Shown: piece by piece, positions 6,863 through 10,064 of the stretch
Layout of the letters: each line of letters starts with the position of its first letter
Numbering within the stretch: position 1 is the stretch's first letter
Source of the DNA: Octopus sinensis
Lineage: Eukaryota
Direction: 5' to 3'
NCBI RefSeq assembly: GCF_006345805.1
Contig: NW_021827208.1
Span: 1 to 10,064, forward strand
DNA length: 10,064 bases
The notes under the pieces: model-generated
The model's input: the letters and a program-made list of their open reading frames with translations, nothing else
What the model was told of the DNA's origin: nothing
The model's database searches: none
Made by a program: the position numbers and the translations under genes

Positions 6863-7241
6863 GTGGAGGCGCAATGGCCCAGTGGTTAGGGCAGTGGACT
6901 CGCGGTCGTAGGATCGCGGTTTCGATTCCCAGACCGGGCGTTGTGAGTGTTTATTGAGCGAAAACACCTAAAGCTCCACAAGGCTCCGGCAGGGATGGTG
7001 GTGATCCCTGCTGCTGTACTCTTCACCACAACTTCTTCTCTACTTCCTGTTTCTGTTGTACTGTATTTCAAAGGGCCGGCCTTGTCACTCTCTGTCACGC
7101 TGAATATCCATCCCCGAGACTACGTTAAGGTACACGTTCTGTGGAGGTGCTCAGCCACTTACACGTTAATTTCACGAGCAGGCTGTTCCGTTGATTCGGA
7201 TCAACCGGAACCCTCGTCGTCGTAACCGACGGAGTGCTTCC
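6863..7241 (+). mobile_element. Full-length tRNA-derived SINE with 12-bp target-site duplication
   Basis: A box TGGCCCAGTGG (6875-6885), B box GTTTCGATTCC (6919-6929), TSD ACAGTCAAAAGT at 6851-6862 and 7242-7253, internal hairpin GCAGGGAT/ATCCCTGC (6989-7011). Confidence 0.9.
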
Positions 7242-7652
7242 ACAGTCAAAAGTATCAAAGAGGAAATGATTGTGATTGCTAGCATTCATAGAGAAACTTT
7301 AAGAGTAATTTAAAGAGAAATAAACAGAGTTGTTTGAACGCCATAAAAAGCTTGGTTTATAAGAGGATAAGTAACCGTGAAGAATGCAATAAGAACTTGA
7401 TCAATATTTAAGGGAGAATAGAGATGAAAACGTTTGAGAAATAGTGAAACTAAATTGAAGCCAAAGACGGATAATGTTCTAACTGTAGGCTACTCTGTTT
7501 TAATGGATTTTATCCGATAAAAATGAATAAATAAATCAATAAACTGGTCAATATGGTTTACTCCCATTCAGCCGATAATATCTTCATTTCTGTCTCTTCC
7601 GCCACTGCCTAAAATCGTTTGAATAAGAAACTAACGATTTTTTCATATCCCT

Positions 7653-8040
7653 GCGTGCGTGTGTGTGTGTGTGTGGGTGTGTGTGTGGCGTGTTGTGTTG
7701 TGTGTGTGTGCGGTGTTGTGTGTGTGCTGCGGGTATATAAATATATGGATGTATTATATATATGTGATATAATGGAGTAGATATATATGTATATGTATAT
7801 TTATATATATATGTATATACATAATGTATAGATAAATGTATATACATGTATACCCTATATATATAATATGTATATATGTGTATGATATATAAGGTATACA
7901 TATTTATGGATATATGTATTATATTATATACATATATATATAGATACATATATATGTATATATATATACATATATATATTATTATAATATAAGATTATAA
8001 TATATATATCTTTATTTATATATATTATTTATATTCATAT
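7653..8040. repeat. (TG)n then degenerate (TA)n low-complexity tract
   Basis: Direct reading. Confidence 0.88.
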
Positions 8041-8240
8041 TTATTTCATTGATATAAAATCTATTGGACTTGGTAATTTTTCTGTTTACCCAAAGAGGAC
8101 AATAATCTATAATCGGGAAAATGTGAAATCTACCGTTTACTCCATCACAATAGGTGCCGAATGTTTGTTAAAGTTTTTTAAGACATCAAGTTAAGGTTTA
8201 TTTTTTGCAGCGAACCATATCGCCCAGTGTCGCAGAAATA

Positions 8241-8746
8241 TCTATATATATAAAACTGTAGTTGTGTGAGTGTCTGTCCCCTTCGATTTAGATTCCTAAC
8301 TACTCCCACATTTTGCGGTGCAGTTTAACCAAATTCGGGTATCTTATAGTCGTGATTCATATCGAGCCCGTCTGGCTATTAGCGCGCGTCTACGATGGTC
8401 TACGATTTTAAAAATAATTTAACATCATTTTTTATTCCATTTTAATGCATAATTTTTCGTGTGTGTCGATGGCGGTGGAAGTTGTGGCGTCATGGTCCAC
8501 ACCTGCACCTGTTTGCTTCTCCCCTTCCTCCCTCGTGAAGCTGTGGGGAAGGGAGTGTAAAGAATCAACGTCGTAAGCGTTGTCAAGGAGACCAGCGTTC
8601 TTTTAGAACAAACGACTTCATGGCTGAAGACACAAAACAGAAATGGTAAGAAAGCCCAAATTGGCATCTAATAAGGGAAGTAACTCTCTAAAATGTTTAT
8701 AGTTATTTCCCTTACAAACCCGAGCAACGCCGGGCGATACTGCTAG
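8241..8746 (+). mobile_element. Non-autonomous Helitron (506 bp)
   Basis: 5' TCTATATATATAAAA follows A8240. The 3' hairpin CCCGAGCAACGCCGGG (8719-8734) is followed by CTAG (8743-8746) and T8747. This is the canonical A|TC...CTAG|T insertion with no TSD. Confidence 0.85.
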
Positions 8747-8828
8747 TTTTCAATAAATATCTCAATATTCTGTTGAACTAATTGAAAACTTTATTTTGAT
8801 ATTAGTCTAATTAATTCTTCAGCCTCCA

Positions 8829-8960
8829 CGTGGCTGTGTGGTAAGAAGCTTGCTTCCCAACCACGTGGTTCCGGTTTCAGTCCCACTGCGTGGCACCTTG
8901 GGCAAGTGTCTTCTATTATTGCCTCAGGCCGACCAAAGCCTTGTGAGTGGATTTGGTAGA
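8829..8960 (+). mobile_element. SINE head fragment (same family as 6613-6780 and 9041-9502)
   Basis: A box TGGCTGTGTGG (8831-8841), B-box-like GGTTTCAGTCCC (8873-8884), CORE-like CACCTTGGGCAAGTGTCTTC. Confidence 0.85.
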
Positions 8961-8974
8961 TAATACACCAAATC

Positions 8975-9040
8975 TGCTCACACACACACATGTGTATATA
9001 AGTATGTATGTATGTATGTATGTATGTGTGTATATGTATA
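8975..9040. repeat. (CA)n/(TATG)n microsatellite
   Basis: Direct reading. Confidence 0.88.
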
Positions 9041-9282
9041 TACTCTTTACTCTTTTATTTGTTTCAATCATTTGACTGCGGCTATGCTGGAGCACCGCCT
9101 TAAGTCTAACAAAGCGAACCCAAAACTTATTCTTTGTAAGCCTAGTACATATTCTATCGGTCTCTTTTGCCGAACCGCTAAGTTACGGGGACGCAGACAC
9201 ACCACCATCTGTTGTCAAAGCGATGGTGGAGGTGACAAACACCAGACACGTACATATATATATATAATATATATATATTATA

Positions 9283-9320
<38 letters not shown>

Positions 9321-9502
9321 GATATATATATAATATATATATTTATATATATATATATGTTTCCGTCTACCAAATCTACTCACAAGGTTTAGTCGACCCA
9401 AAACATAGCAGAAGACACTTGCCCAAGGTGCTGTGCAGTGGGACTGAACCTAGAACCATGTGGTTGGTAAGCAAACTTCTTACCATACAGCCACTCCTGC
9501 GC
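9041..9502 (-). mobile_element. Full-length tRNA-derived SINE with internal (TA)n
   Basis: Head GCGCAGGAGTGGCTGTATGG and B box GGTTCAGTCCC on the minus strand, internal (TA)n at ~9251-9358, repetitive 3' tail ...AAAAGAGTAAAGAGTA. Confidence 0.88.
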
Positions 9503-9561
9503 ATATATATTTTCTTTTTTTTTCACGTTGCCCCAGTCTATTCAGCTGGCAAGCATGAGCA

Positions 9562-9735
9562 GTACTTGTATTTCAAAGGGACCAGCCTTATAACATTCTG
9601 TGTTACGCTGAATGTCTTTCAGAATTACGTCAAAAATTACGCGTGTCTGTGGAGCGCTCTGTCACTTGTACGTTAATATCAGAACCTGGCTGTCACGTTT
9701 ATCGGATCAGCTGGAGCCTTCGTCGCCATAACCGA
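9562..9735 (+). mobile_element. Old diverged SINE fragment sharing the 3' domain of the 6863-7241 element
   Basis: Collinear blocks TGTATTTCAAAGGG, ACGCTGAAT, CTGTGGAG, ACGTTAAT, CGGATCA and CGTCG..TAACCGA match ~7060-7230. Confidence 0.75.
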
Positions 9736-9759
9736 ATGCAGGTCGGTTGTAGTACTTAC

Positions 9760-9867
9760 GTGTAATGGAATTTGTGAACTAACGGTACTTTTGAAGAGCC
9801 AAATGAGTATAAATATCAAAACTAACAGATATTGCTCTAAACTAGAATAATTCGTTTCCATGGACAT
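9760..9867 (-). CDS. Candidate 108-bp coding exon encoding a signal-peptide-like N-terminus (MSMETNYSSLEQYLLVLIFILIWLFKSTVSSQIPLH)
   Basis: Acceptor TTTGTTACAG| at 9868, consensus donor |GTAAGT at 9759, open frame of exactly 36 codons, hydrophobic core LLVLIFILIWLF then KSTVSS. No homology recognised. Confidence 0.5.
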
Positions 9868-9909
9868 CTGTAACAAATTATTTGAATTTAATATATCACA
9901 TAATAAGTT

Positions 9910-10064
9910 TGTGCATGTATGTCTGTGTAAGTTGTGTGTGTATCTATGTGTATATATGTGTGTTGATAACCGGCTTACAAATGCTATGTGTAAATCGACC
10001 TGTGTGTCTACTTAACTATATATCTATATTTCTATGTATATGTATGTATGTATGTATATATATA
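9910..10064. repeat. Degenerate (TG)n/(TATG)n/(TA)n tract
   Basis: Direct reading. Confidence 0.8.

Noticed and set aside
6863-6935. tRNA gene (likewise 6700-6780, 8829-8890, 9430-9502)
   Set aside because: A/B boxes are followed by SINE bodies, with a TSD in one case, and I see no convincing cloverleaf. These are SINE heads.

Overview
AT-rich, microsatellite-dense eukaryotic DNA. The SINE families match my recollection of Octopus repeats, so a cephalopod host is inferred, not verified. The main feature is a 2.67-kb array (3919-6591) of a ~480-bp unit that lacks a recognisable ORF. Each unit carries a type I hammerhead ribozyme: 4 intact, 1 degenerate and 1 half copy. The array has two divergent arms (~2.3 units on -, ~3.3 units on +) joined at ~4988, and it splits a single tRNA-derived SINE at its internal (CA)n/(TA)n tract. 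This resembles a retrozyme or Penelope-dependent ribozyme satellite. About 0.7 kb to the left is a 5'-truncated Penelope-like retroelement (RT thumb, Cys linker, GIY-YIG endonuclease; - strand). It has a degenerate minimal hammerhead downstream and a probable inverted 5' segment. The window also holds a non-autonomous Helitron with intact termini, several SINEs (one with a 12-bp TSD) and a candidate signal-peptide exon on the - strand. Most listed ORFs are microsatellite artefacts.
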